Of a DNA stretch of 64,000 nucleotides, positions 1-11,973 are shown piece after piece (positions within the stretch are counted from its first letter, which is position 1; the number at the start of each line of letters is the position of its first letter). The translations under genes and the position numbers were made by a program. The notes under the pieces were generated by a model. The model searched no databases. It was given only the letters and a program-made list of their open reading frames with translations, and was not told where the DNA came from. The DNA comes from Octopus vulgaris (lineage: Eukaryota), in contig OX597818.1 of NCBI GenBank assembly GCA_951406725.2, positions 96,968,001 through 97,032,000 on the forward strand, in the 5' to 3' direction.

Positions 1-128
1 TATATATATATATGTATATACATATGATGCTAAAGTCAAGTAGACAGGACTAAGACAAAAAAATAATCATGAGTGATAATTAACCTAATATTTGACTGGG
101 CTTTGTTGATTCAGCAAGCTGTAATTAC

Positions 129-277
129 CTGATGGTTGTCTATAAAACCTGCAGTTATTATCACAGTATAACCATGCCAGATCTTTGCTGTTGTTATCAC
201 AAGAGCACAATGCAGGAATGTCTATTGATAATTGCTGGCATTTCTTTTCCAGTTTCTCTTGCAGATAGTACACCTGT
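129..277 (-). CDS. CCDC15: CCDC15-like exon with Cys-rich C-terminal motif (QVYYLQEKLEKKCQQLSIDIPALCSCDNNSKDLAWLYCDNNCRFYRQPS)
   Basis: tttctccag|A acceptor, CAG|gtaatt donor. IPALCSC...CDNNCRFY matches the CCDC15 LPPLCCC...CANNCIFY motif as recalled. The gene continues left of the window. Confidence 0.8.
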
Positions 278-714
278 CTGGAGAAACAATACAAAGCAAT
301 TATTATTATTTTTTTTTTTTAGAAAAAAAAATTTGTCAGGTACATATAATAAAAACTGCATTTCAAAAACAAAATCTACAATAATAGAGAACAACAACAT
401 CAAATATACACACACATCGTCAACATAAGTTACCTGTGAATTAGCAGGACAGGAGAACAGAAATAGGAAAGGACAACAAACATCATTTGGCTGCATCTAT
501 GTAGATGTTCCTTCAGCCAGCTGTCAGTAATGTTTAACTATCCTGAACTAAAACACTTATTAAATGCATGTCAAAGACACATGTAAAGCAATGCATAAGC
601 ATACAGAAATATGTTTATGCACACAAAGTCACAAGCACACATCTCATATGAACATATGTTTCACCCACAAACTTTCAATTTAATTTTTCATCTTTGTTTA
701 TAATTAAAAAAATA

Positions 715-960
715 AATGTGCCCTTTTAAAGCCTTGCCAGGGTCATGGGCCAGGTTTCCCGGTTTCTATGGCATATGTGTTCCCCAGCTGGATGGGACGC
801 CAGTCCATCACAGTGTTACTCATTTTTGCCAGCTGAGTGGACTGGAGCAATGTGAAATGAAGTGTTTTGCTCAAGAACACATGTCGCCCAGTCCAGGAAT
901 CGAAACCACAATCTTACGATCATGATACTGACACCCTAACCACTAAGCCACGTGCCTCCA
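715..960 (-). mobile_element. tRNA-derived CORE-type SINE
   Basis: Minus strand reads tRNA-like A box (tggcttagtggttagg), B box (gtttcgattcc), then a CORE-like gtgttcttgagcaaaacacttcatttc..tgctccag segment. Confidence 0.7.
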
Positions 961-1208
961 CCATCTTTGTTTATAGGTATCTTTTATCTTGTCTTTTCCT
1001 ATTCATATGTTTCAGTCATTGGACAGTGACCATGCTGGAGCACTGCCTTCAGGGGTTTTAGCTGAACAGATCACCTCAAGTACTTATTTTGTTTAAAGTC
1101 TGGTACTTACTCTATCAGTCTTCTTTTGCTGAACTGCCAAGTAATGGATGCATAAACAAACCAAGACTGGCTGTCAAATAATCTTGGGGGACAGACACAA
1201 AGACATAC

Positions 1209-1850
1209 ATGTGTGTGTGTGTGTGTGTGCTTACATGCATGCATGCATGGGAGGTGTATATGTGTGCATGTGTGTGTGTATGCTTATATGCATGCATGTA
1301 TGGGGGGGTATATGAGTGCATATGTGTGTGTATGCTTACATGCGTGCATGCATGGGGGATGTATATGTGTGCTTACATGCGTGCATGCATGGGGGTGTAT
1401 ATGTGTGTGTGTGTGTGCTTACATGCATGCATGCATAGGGGGGTGTATATGTGTGCATATGTGTGTGTGTGTGCTTACATGCATGCATGGGGGGTGTATA
1501 TGTGTGCATATGTGTGTGTGTGTGTGCTTACATGCATGCATGCATGTGGGATGTATATGTGTGTGTGTGTGTGTGTGTGCTTACATGCATGCATGCATGG
1601 GGGGTGTATATGTGTGTGCTTACATGCGTGCATGTATGGGGGATGTATATGAGTGCATATGTGTGTGTGTGTGTATGCTTACATGCGTGCATGCATGGAG
1701 GGTGTATATGTGTGCATGTGTGTGTGTGTGTGTGCTTACATACATGCATTCACGTGGGGTGTATATGTGTGTGCTTACATGCGTGCATGCATGGGGGGGG
1801 TATATATGTGTGCATATGTTCATGTGTATGAATGTATGTATGTATGTATC
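1209..1850. repeat. Compound (TG)n/CATG minisatellite
   Basis: About a dozen units of gtgcttacatgcatgcatg(g)n tgtatat(gt)n. Accounts for the C/V/M-rich ORFs here. Confidence 0.9.
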
Positions 1851-2118
1851 ATAGTTTTGAGGACACACTTTCTTTCCTCACCATTTTTCTTTCTATCCCT
1901 CTCTCTCTAACTTCTTTCTTCTACCTTGTTGCTACTGCTACTAGATCAATCTTAGCAATTTTGTCTTTCATTCATAAATTCTTTCATTCCTTCTTGTTCA
2001 TTTTGCAACAAAAGTCATACACCTATTTTCCTTCATCCTAGCAATCTTTCAGTGAGTTTGTTGTATACAGTGCCCAGTCAAAAACTATAATCCTTCTTAT
2101 TGAACTGTATTATATGCT

Positions 2119-2525
2119 ACTCTTTTACTTGTTTCAGTCATCTGACCATGGCCATGCTTGAGCACCGCCTTTAGTCAAGCAAATCGACCCCAGGACTTAT
2201 TTATTGTAAGCCTAGTACTTATTCTATCGGTCACTTTTGCCGAACTGCTAAGTTACAAGGATGTCAGTTGTCAAGCAATGTTAGAAGGACAAACACAGGT
2301 ACACAGACACACACATATATACATATACATATATACGACACACATATACATATACATATATACAACGGGCTTCTTTCAGTTTCCGTCTACCAAATCCACT
2401 CACAAGGCTTTGGTCAGCCCAAGGCTATAGTAGAAGACACTTGCCCAAAGTGCCATGTAGTGGGACTGAACCCGGAACCATGTGGTTGGTAAGCAAGCTA
2501 CTTACCACACAGCCACTCTTACACC
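2119..2525 (-). mobile_element. Bipartite tRNA/CORE SINE with internal microsatellite
   Basis: Head ggctgtgtggtaagtagc..ggttcagtcc, CORE-like ggcac(c)ttgggcaagtgtc, (CA/TA)n middle, tail ..tgaaacaagtaaaagag. Other copies or halves near 1005, 6395, 8275, 17700-18258, 24200, 28245 and 36400. Confidence 0.8.
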
Positions 2526-2959
2526 TATACTGTCTATAATTTTACATTTCTTTTGCATGTTGTCACTCTCAATGGCCTAACACTTTCTCTTTGTAATGTT
2601 CAACTCCACAGTGATATTTACATACACCGGGGCAACCAGAAGTATCATAGCATTAAAATCTACATACTTTAAACATACTGATTCTGTGCTAATTCTGGTC
2701 CTCATGGCTAACTAGAGGCTTTTCATGTACAAATGCCATTTTCTATTAATTCCACGGTTCATTTGTTTCCACAACTGTCCAGGCTGTCTTGTTATTTGAT
2801 AGACTTGGAAACAAGCAGGGTTGGTGTCAGAAAGGACATCCTGACTTTGAATACTATTCCAGCCTATGCTCTTCTGACCCATGCAAGTATAGAAAAGTAA
2901 AAATAACAGTGATGACAACAATAACAACAACAACAATGACAACAACAGCAACGACAATA

Positions 2960-3838
2960 ACATCATCATCATCGTTTAACGTCCGTTTTCCATGCTAGCA
3001 TGGGTTGGACGGTTCAACCAGGATCTGGGAAGCCAGGAGGCTACACCAGGCTCCAGTCTGATCTGGCAGTGTTTCTACAGCTGGATGCCCTTCCTAACGC
3101 CAACCACTCTGTGAGTGTAATGGGTGTTTTTTACGTGCCACTAGCACAGGGGCCAGAGGAGGCTGGCAACATCCACGATCGGTTGGTGCTTTTTACGTGC
3201 CACCGGCATGGACGCCAATCAAGGCGGTGCTGCCATCAGCCACTTTCAGCTGGTGTTTTTTACGTGCCACCGGCACGGGTATCACAACTACAATTCCATT
3301 TGAATTTTATTTTGATGTTGATGTACTTGACTCAATAGGTCTCCTCAAGCACAGCAGGTTGCCCTACGATCCAAGGTAAGCACAGCAGGCCGTCATGCAA
3401 GCCATGGACTTCATTTGTCAGGTCTTTGCAGTCACAGCATATCTCCAGAAGTCTCGGTCTTTCATCATTGTCTCAAAGGTCATGCTTGACCACCTCATCC
3501 CATGTCTTCCTGGGTCTACCTCTACACCGGATTCCTTCAACTGTTTGGAAGTGGCACTTCTTCGCACATCTCTCATCAATCTGTAGTACATAACCATATC
3601 AACGCAAATGTCTCTCCTACACACCACATCCGATGCTTCTTATGTCCAACATTTCTCTCAGGGTGCTTACACTCTGTTGTGCATGCACATTGACATTATA
3701 CATCCAGTGAATCATGCTAGCTTCATTTCTTTCAAACCTACGCATGTCTTGCGCAGTCACGGCCCATGTTTCACTGCCGTCAAGCACGGCAGTTCGCACA
3801 CATGCGTCGTACAATCTACCGTTCATTCTAAGCGAGAA
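2960..3838 (-). mobile_element. RTE-clade LINE 3' fragment
   Basis: Decayed ORF2 end (GRLYDACVRTAVLDGSETWA, DRDFWR), the family 3'UTR and a (GAT)n tail. Confidence 0.85.
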
Positions 3839-3894
3839 ACTACATAGATAAGTTCTGTTTGAATAGAAAAAGAAATCCAACAATTAGTCTTTAC

Positions 3895-3986
3895 CGTTGA
3901 TAGAAACTGCACATTCTATTTAGTTTAGAATGTTTTCTAGACCAGTCATGTATTTCCAGTTCAAAAATTTCATGTTGTGTTTTAGG
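3895..3986 (-). CDS. CCDC15: CCDC15-like exon (PKTQHEIFELEIHDWSRKHSKLNRMCSFYQ-R)
   Basis: 92 nt, tttcag|CCT acceptor, CG|gtaaag donor. Phase 2 end (CG) joins the A of the next exon to give Arg. Confidence 0.7.
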
Positions 3987-4072
3987 CTGAAAGTTTAGAG
4001 GATTATTGGACTGTTCTTTCCATTTCTTTTCATAAAATGAGCTGAAATTAAGAAATTAATTTGATTATCATC

Positions 4073-4308
4073 TTCTTTCTTTATTGCCCACAAGGGGCTA
4101 AACACAGGTGGGGACAAATAAGGACAGACAAAGGGATAAAGTCAATTACATCGACCCCAGTGTGTAACTGGTACTTAATTTATCGACCCCGAAAGGATGA
4201 AAGGCAAAGTCGATCTCGGCAGAATTTGAACTCAGAACGTAACGGCAGACGAAATACTGCTAAGCATTTTGCCCGGCATGCTAACGTTTCTGCCAGCTCA
4301 CTGCCTTA
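4073..4308 (-). mobile_element. tRNA-derived SINE (family with gtcgactttgcctttcatcctttcggggtcgataaa central domain)
   Basis: Full-length copy. The same family recurs at about 4812, 7400, 9474, 11074, 13481, 14268, 20335, 23085, 29004, 30495 and 31555-31940. The central domain resembles the Meta-type SINE domain as recalled. Confidence 0.85.
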
Positions 4309-5546
4309 ATTTGATTGACTATCAATAATCCAAACCAAATAAATGTAGATAGAGAATACATTTTCTTAGAATTAGTCAACTCTAAGGCACAAGAAAAAAA
4401 TATTTCCTAGCTAGCCGGTCAATTGAAGGGAAGTCACCAAAACCTAATTAACAAAGTGAATTTGAATCTTGTTATAATTATTATTACTATTCATACTCAT
4501 CAAAATTCCATGATCATTTAAAAAACTTTATGATTGTTGAAAATTTATAGAGAATTATGATATCCATTTTGGCGGGATGGGGAAGCATTTGATTCTTGAG
4601 ATGGGGTGAAGTCCACAGAGGTAGGACTGAAAGTTCAGTCTTTTGAGATAACTTTGAAAACTATATTCTTCATTGTAAATATACATTTTTCTCTACCTTG
4701 AGAGTTGCTGATTATTATTTCATTTTATTTCTTAAAGTCATCAAATAAACAGTCATAACTATCAATCGACATTAAAGAGATAATTTATTCATAATATTAA
4801 GTTGATTAAGTTGATTAGATCGACCCCAGTGCGTAACTGGAACTTAATTTATCGACCCCGAAAGGATGAAAGGCAAAGTCGACCTCAGCGGAATTTGAAC
4901 TCAGAATAAGTGTGTCACCAGAAGAAAATAAGTGTGTGTGTGTGAATTTAAGTCATAATATATGGATTCAACTAACCCAGTGGTACTCATAAAAAAGTTC
5001 CTTAATGTATCCTTCTAGAAAGCACATAGAATATAGAGTATGATACAAAAGAAAAACATAATGAGTGTATACAATTATAAATAAAAAGAAAAATATATCT
5101 TACCAATGGATATGCTCATTTAACAACAATTGTTTTGCAGCTTAATAAACATGTATAAATAATTTATTTTATCATAGCTGGATGCCCTTCTTGACACCTA
5201 CAGCTGGTTGGCATTAGGAAGGGCATCCAGCTGTAGAAACTCTGCCAGATCAAGATTGGAGCCTGGTGCAGCCATCTGGTTCGCTAGTCCTCAGCCAAAT
5301 CGTCCAACCCATGCTAGCATGGAAAGTGTACATTAAACAGTGATGATAATGATGATGATATTTTATAATAACTGATAAATTACTTACATATCTCTATTAA
5401 AATATGTATATACAATTTTTTAATTAATGCAGATATTAATCTTACTCATCAAGTTAAAAGAATTCCATGTTTAAAATAATTCATTTTAAACACGGAATTC
5501 TTTTTAACTTGATGAGTAAGCTTAATATCTGCATTTATTTAAAAAT

Positions 5547-6392
5547 ACTCTCAGGGTGCTTACACTCTGTCATGTGTGCACACTGACATTATACATCCAG
5601 CGGATCATGCTAGCTTCATTTCTTTCAAGCCTATGCATGTTCTCCACAGTCACAGCTGTGAAGCACGACAGTTCATACACATGCATCATACAATCTACCT
5701 TCACTCTGAGCAAGAGGCCTTTGTCACCAGTAGGAATAGAAGCTTTCTTGTGGTAACACTCTCTGAGCATCCACCCCCACTACTAACTTGGTGACCTAGG
5801 TAGCGGATGCTATCAACTACTTCTATTTTCTTCCCCTGGAGTGTGATGGAATCTGTTTTCTGAGCATCTGTAGTGTTCATTGCCCCTGTGCATCTGCCGC
5901 ACATGAAAGCTATCTTCTTGGTTAATCTTCCTTTGATGTTGTTGCACCTCTTATGTGTCCATAGCTTACATTGGGTACATCTTATGGAGTTTCTACATAC
6001 ACTTTTTCTACAGGGCCACCTACCTGAGGGGGGGGGGGGGTGATGTGTTCACCTTCCTGCTTACTAGAACATTGGTCTTTGCTACATTAACTCTAAGGCC
6101 TTTTGATTCTAAACCTTGCTTTCACACCTGAAATTTCTTTTCTAGTTCCGGTAGTGATTCTGCTAAGAGGGCCAGGTCATCAGCATAGAGGAGCTCCCAG
6201 GAGCAACCTGTCTTGAATTCCTCTGTTATTGCCTGGAGGACTATGACGAATAAAAGGAGACTGAGGACTGAACTGTGGTGGACCCCTACTTCTACCCAGA
6301 GTTCTTCACTATACTCATTGCCAATCCTAACCTTACCAATGGCCTCTCTGTATAGATCCTGTACAGCCCTTATTAACCATTTGTCAATCTCC
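5547..6392 (-). mobile_element. RTE LINE internal fragment with RT motif
   Basis: ORF 6122-6394 contains WELLYADDLAL. A downstream Cys-rich segment is shared with the 25675-27395 copy. Confidence 0.88.
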
Positions 6393-8569
6393 ATTTGTGT
6401 GTTTGTGTGTCTGTGTTTGCCCCCCCCCCCACATCGCTTGACAACCGATGGTGGTGTGTTTACATCCCCGTAACTTAGTGGTTCGGCAAAAGAGACCGAT
6501 AGAATAAGTACTAGGCTTACAAAGAATAAGTCCTGGGGTCGATTTGCTCAACTGAATGCAGTGTTCCATCATGGCTGCAGTCAGAATGACTGAAACAAGT
6601 AAAAGAGTATATCTCAACACAACCCAAAGACAACCAAAAGTTTGTGAGTGAATTTGATCCACAGAAACACACAAGAGTATATAGGCATGTATACATGTAC
6701 GTATACATGTGTCTGGGCGTGTGTGTGTGTGTGAGTCTTCTCAACTTCACATTGTGCACTAATTGTAAACAGATACACCATCATAGAGCCAGTGTCGTTT
6801 GATTGCAATCTTCCATGAAAACATATTTCAACTAGGGGAAAATATTGCTCTACCTCAAGAAAAAGTTGATGATTGGAAGAGGATCCAATTATAGAAAATC
6901 TACTAAATATTTGTGCAACCCAAGTAAACGAGGGAAAATGAGTATCTGGATGGATGCATAAATGCATATATGCGACATACTACTTGAATGTGCAGTGACT
7001 AAAGTACTGTGTCATGTCCGAAACTCGCTAATTAAAATTCATGTGGAGCGTGGGTATACGTACGTAAGTACGTAATTTGCCATACTTTAAATATTGTAAA
7101 ATTATGTATATTCTGTTAACTTCAAGTGCTTGGACTAGAGTTCAGGGACTCCGTATGTATATTTTACAGACAACCCCTACCGTAAAATATAATTTTCAAA
7201 ATACTTTAAATGAAACAAAAATTGTTTTAGAGAAAAAGTTTATACAATATGTTTCTAAAATAACGTTATTTGACAATGATGAATAGCACATCTTTTATAA
7301 AATAAATTTATAATTGTATTACAAGATATCTTATGTCACAGAATCCAAGACTTTTTCCTTTATCAGAACGTTAATTCCTTCGCGTGATGGAAAATATTGA
7401 TTTCAATTTTTGGCACAAGGCCCTGCAATTTTAGAGAGCGGTTAGTTCATTACCGGTGTTAAACTAGTACTTATTTTAACGACGTCGAAAAGATGAAAGG
7501 CAAAATCGACTTCGGCAGAATTTGAACTCAGAACGTAAAGAACCTGAAGAAATGCCACTAAATATTTTTGGCCGGCGTACAAACAAGACTTGACGCCTAT
7601 ATGACGAAAAGTGTTAACCTCGAAAAGGTTTTCAAGTTAAAGGTACAAGGGAGGTAATTGTCATTACAAGGGAGGTAACTTTGGTCTCCTTTAAAACTAC
7701 TTCACAGATAATTTTTTATTTCATACGCCAAACAATGAAAGCAACTGAAGTAAATTACCGTATTTTAAAGTGTATAAGGAACCCTTTTTTGTTAAAAATT
7801 TGGTTTAAAAATTATAGGAGTTTCTTATACATAGATAGTATTATAATCCCTTAAAAAAATATGTGTGTGTGTGTTCCGCTTGACAACCAATGTTGTTGTT
7901 TAGTCTCAAGTTAACCTTGAGCAGAGTCTAACCAAAAGCGTTTAGTCGTAATTACCTTTTAATTAATTTTTTTTTAATGCAATCGAAGTACTAGATCCCG
8001 TATTTGACACACACACACACTGCATGTCATTGTAGTCAGATATCATTTTCTCTAGATTCGGATCAACCTCATAGTAAGAGTGAAATTGGGTTGACGAAAA
8101 CTATATAGAAATCAAACAGGTGGATTGTACCTGTAATTCAAACAGTCTTGTCGCAAACTTACATGCTGATTCTACTTAAGAATTATATTAAAGGTTCATA
8201 TATCTTTGAAATGCTCAGCCACTAACACAATAATTGAATTACAGGTATAATCCACCTATTTCATTTCTATATAGCCTCGGGTCGACCAAAGACTTGTGAA
8301 TGGATTTGGTAGACGGAAACGGAAAGAAAATCGTTGTATGTGTATGTGTGTCCCACCATCACTTGACAACCGGTGCTGGTATGTTTACGTCCCCGTAGAA
8401 TAAGTACTGGGGTCGATACATTCGACTAAAAATTCTTCAAGGCAGTGCCCCATCATGACTGCAGTTTCATGACTGAAACAAATTAAAAATAAAGATACTT
8501 GTAACCTGCAAGCTTGAAAACGTATCTCCAGAAAATTTGGTTTAAAAATATGTATCTTTTTCAGAAGTA

Positions 8570-8948
8570 GAGGAGCAATGGCCCAGTGGTTAGGGCAGCG
8601 GACTCGCGGTTTCGATTCCCAGACCGGGCGATGTGAGTGTTTATTGAGCGAAAACACCTAAAGCTCCACGAGGCTCCGGCAGGGGATAGTGGTGATCCCT
8701 GCTGTACTCTTTCACCACAACTTTCTCTCACTCTTACTTCCTGTTTCTGTTGTACCTGTATTTCAAGGGGCCGGCCTTGTCACTCTCTGTGTCACGCTGA
8801 ATATCCCTGAGAACTACGTTAAGGGTACACGTGTTTGTGGAGTGCTCAGCCACTTACACGTTAATTTCACGAGCAGGCTGTTCCGTTGATTCGGATCAAC
8901 CGGAACCCTCATCGTCGTAACCGACGGAGTGCTTCCATTCCATTCCAT
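8570..8948 (+). mobile_element. tRNA-derived SINE (another family) with (TTCCA)n tail
   Basis: A box tggcccagtggttagg, B box gtttcgattcc, flanking tttttcagaa duplication. Decayed relatives near 8125, 36780 and 38850. Confidence 0.75.
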
Positions 8949-9710
8949 TTTTTTTCAGAAAGTTATAAAGCAACAAAGTCGAAAAGAAAATACCAATTTT
9001 AACTATGCCGATATTTGCAAGCTTAAGGCATGCTACAAGGAAAATAATCTTTTACCTTCTTTTTCAGACATTACATCATTCATGGCTAAGATGTCATAGT
9101 AAACATGTAAAAATCTCTGAGTGAAAAAATAATATTTTTAATGTAGCTTACTTCGAGAAAAACAGCCTTAAGAAATTAATTCAGATAGTGTATAATGAAG
9201 ATAGCAACTTTGGTGCCTGGGGGGGTGCTTCAGAATATTCGGAAGCGGGCACCAATTTGTAATAATGCTGAAGTGGAGTAAATCTGATGGTGCACCATTG
9301 AATAAATGGTGAACGGGAGTGGCGTCCAGTGTACTGGCTTAGCGAGTAAGATGTCATATTTATCAATACCAGTAGACGATATCACAGGCTATCGTATACG
9401 AAACCTGTGATCACTGATGCAATGTAATTCTACGTGAAAGCTGAATAATTAGCGATCTATTTATTATTCCCGTTAAGGCGGTGAGCCGGCAGAATTGTTA
9501 GCGCGTTGGGCAATATGCCTAGAAGCATCTCTTCCGGCTCTTTAAGTTCTGTGCTCAAATGTCGCTGCAGTCAAATTTACCTTTCATCCTTTCAGCGTAG
9601 ATAAAATAAAGTACCAATCACGTACTGAGTGATGTAATCGAATATCCCTCGCTTCCTCTTTAAATTACTATCCTTATTCCCATTTAAAAATTAAATTAAA
9701 TAAATTTCTG

Positions 9711-10119
9711 GGATCTTTTCGGTTTGAACGGCAGTTTTTTCTAGCGGTGTCATATGAAATTGTCACCCATAATTATGACCCTAGTATCGATCTATTGCAT
9801 TTCAATCTGTTTTAGGGTTAGGGTTAGGGGTGGGGGGAAGGGTATCTTTTTTTCTTCACAAATGTAAATAAACCCAATCTGTTTCTTAAACGAGGGACAT
9901 TTTCATACGGCACAGAATGTTGATTACCTCAATGGACGTCAGTGATTGGTTGAAATTGCAGAAATTGAAGAAAAAAACAACCAATATCTTACAAACTATA
10001 GAATTTTCTCAATAAAGCCAAGAGAAAAAGATGTTTTATAAACACATTCTACCAGTATACGAAGTTTTTTAGTTACCAAGAAATTATGTTAAAAACTGCC
10101 GTTCAAACCGAAAAGATCC
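9711..10119. mobile_element. MITE with GGATCTTTTCGGTTTGAACGGCAGTTTTT TIRs and 8-bp TSD (Merlin-like)
   Basis: 29-bp TIRs, TSD AATTTCTG on both sides, internal TTAGGG repeats. GG termini with an 8-bp TSD suggest the Merlin superfamily. Confidence 0.85.
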
Positions 10120-10579
10120 AATTTCTGCTTTAAAAAAGGTAATTCCAGAGTTTTACTTGTCTGGCAGTTTTACTTGATCTGAGACTGTTCGTTGAAACTA
10201 AAGCTGCGTGGAAGACTCATTCTAGCTTTTCAAAAACACACAAAAACTGTTAACTTGCTGTGGAACTGTGTCAGCGACCAAGTCGTAGACTGTGACGAAA
10301 ATTTTGACACCAAGTCAGCGCCGTCTTAAGACATAGGTACACTGTGCAGTTAACAGCGGACGTCAAGGGACTAGAGGTTTGATTATGATTTATGTATGTT
10401 TCGATTTGTTGTCAATAAATAAATATTATAGGGCCTAACGCATTGATTTGGCTGGATGCCTCTAATGCTGCTAAGACCTAGTAATAGAAGATTTAGTGAA
10501 GTTAAGTTTCTGTGCCTTCCCTTCTGTAAAAGATGATACGTTGCGGATTAAATTAAATTACCTCCCTTTATATATTTCC

Positions 10580-10800
10580 AGTAAATGCTTGAAATAGAAA
10601 AAGAGAAAATGCCGTAATCTATCGACAAATTCTGTGAATCACAGATTTCAGTGTGTGGTTTTTGAAACATTGCGGATAGAAGACCGCTAACAAAGAAGTT
10701 TTTGACTTCGTTGATATCTCAACACACTAAATTATCAGATAAGTTTCCGGGAGAGTGACTGGTTGTTCTAGCGTCTTCGCCTTGCCGAACGCTTTAATGT
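10580..10800 (+). mobile_element. Decayed CRE-clade non-LTR retrotransposon 3' end (RLE C-terminus)
   Basis: With frameshifts reads KCRNLSTNSVNHRFQCVVFETL..PLTKKFL..RESDWLF*RLRLA. DNA similar to 37860-38110. Confidence 0.6.
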
Positions 10801-11073
10801 TTCTCAAAAGAAAATTTAGAGGAGGAAAACCAATTTCTTCTGGTGTCGTGTATAATTGAATGGAGTGTACCTGCTTCTATTTTAATTATTTTTTTACTAA
10901 TAAACTTTTGCTTTTCGTTATTTATTTTCTTCCATCTTTCTCCGGTTTTTTTAAAATCAATTACTTCCCTTAGTTGCTAGGTTGTGGATAGTTATCTCCC
11001 TTAGACCGTACAACGAAACATTTTATTATAGGAAATGACTCATTACGAATGCTTTACATCAGCGGTTCTGAAC

Positions 11074-11441
11074 CCCACAAGGGGCTAAACACAGAGGGGA
11101 CAAACAAGGACAGACATAGGTATTAAGTCGATTACATCGACCCCAGTGCGTAACTGGTACTTAATTTATCGACCCCGAAAGGATGAAAGGCAAAGTCGAC
11201 CTCGGCGGAATTTGAACTCACAACGTAACGCAGACGAAATACCGCGAAATGCTTAGCGGTATTTCGTCTGTCGTTACGTTGTGAGTTCAAATTCCGCCGA
11301 GGTCGACTTTGCCTTTCATCCTTTCGGGGTCGATAAATTAAGTACCAGTTACGCACTGGGGTCGATGTAATCGACTTAATACCTATGTCTGTCCTTGTTT
11401 GTCCCCTCTGTGTTTAGCCCCTTGTGGGTAATAAAGAAATA
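11074..11441. mobile_element. Head-to-head fold-back SINE pair
   Basis: Arms 11074-11245 and 11256-11428, flanked by an 11-bp TSD GGTTCTGAACC. Confidence 0.9.
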
Positions 11442-11561
11442 GGTTCTGAACCGGAATCCATATCGCCCCGGAGGATCCATATAAGATTTTGTTTGCTCCA
11501 CTCACAAAATAATAAATTGGTGATTCACAATAGTATTTTAAGGAACCCCTGAAAAATTTGG

Positions 11562-11973
11562 GGATCTTTTCGGTTTGAGCGGCAGTTTTTTAAAATAATT
11601 TCCACGTAACTAAACACTTTTAAACTTTGTATACTGGTAGAACGTGTTTATAAAACATCTTTTTCTCTTGACTTTATTGAGAAAATTCTATAGTTTGTAA
11701 GATATTTGTTGTTTATTTTCTTCAATTTCTGCAATTTCAACCGATCAATGACGCCTGTTGAGGTGAAAACATTATGTGCCGTATGAAAATGTCCCTCGTT
11801 TAAGAAACAGATTGGGTTTATTTACATTTCTGTAGAAAAAAAAGATACCCTTCCCCCCACCCCAAACCCTAAAACAGATTGAAATGCAATAGATCGATAC
11901 TAGGGTCATAATTATGGGTGACAATTTCATATGACACCGCTAGAAAAAACTGCCGTTCAAACCGAAAAGATCC
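11562..11973. mobile_element. Second copy of the Merlin-like MITE (opposite orientation)
   Basis: Same TIRs, TSD AAATTTGG/AAATTTTG. Confidence 0.85.

Noticed and set aside
1115-1910. Long C/V/M/H-rich ORFs up to 213 aa
   Set aside because: Open in many frames on both strands because the microsatellite lacks stops. No coding signal.
8570-8630. Possible tRNA genes (also near 900-960, 2460-2520, 40200-40440)
   Set aside because: A/B boxes are present but there is no complete cloverleaf. They are SINE heads or decayed SINE heads.
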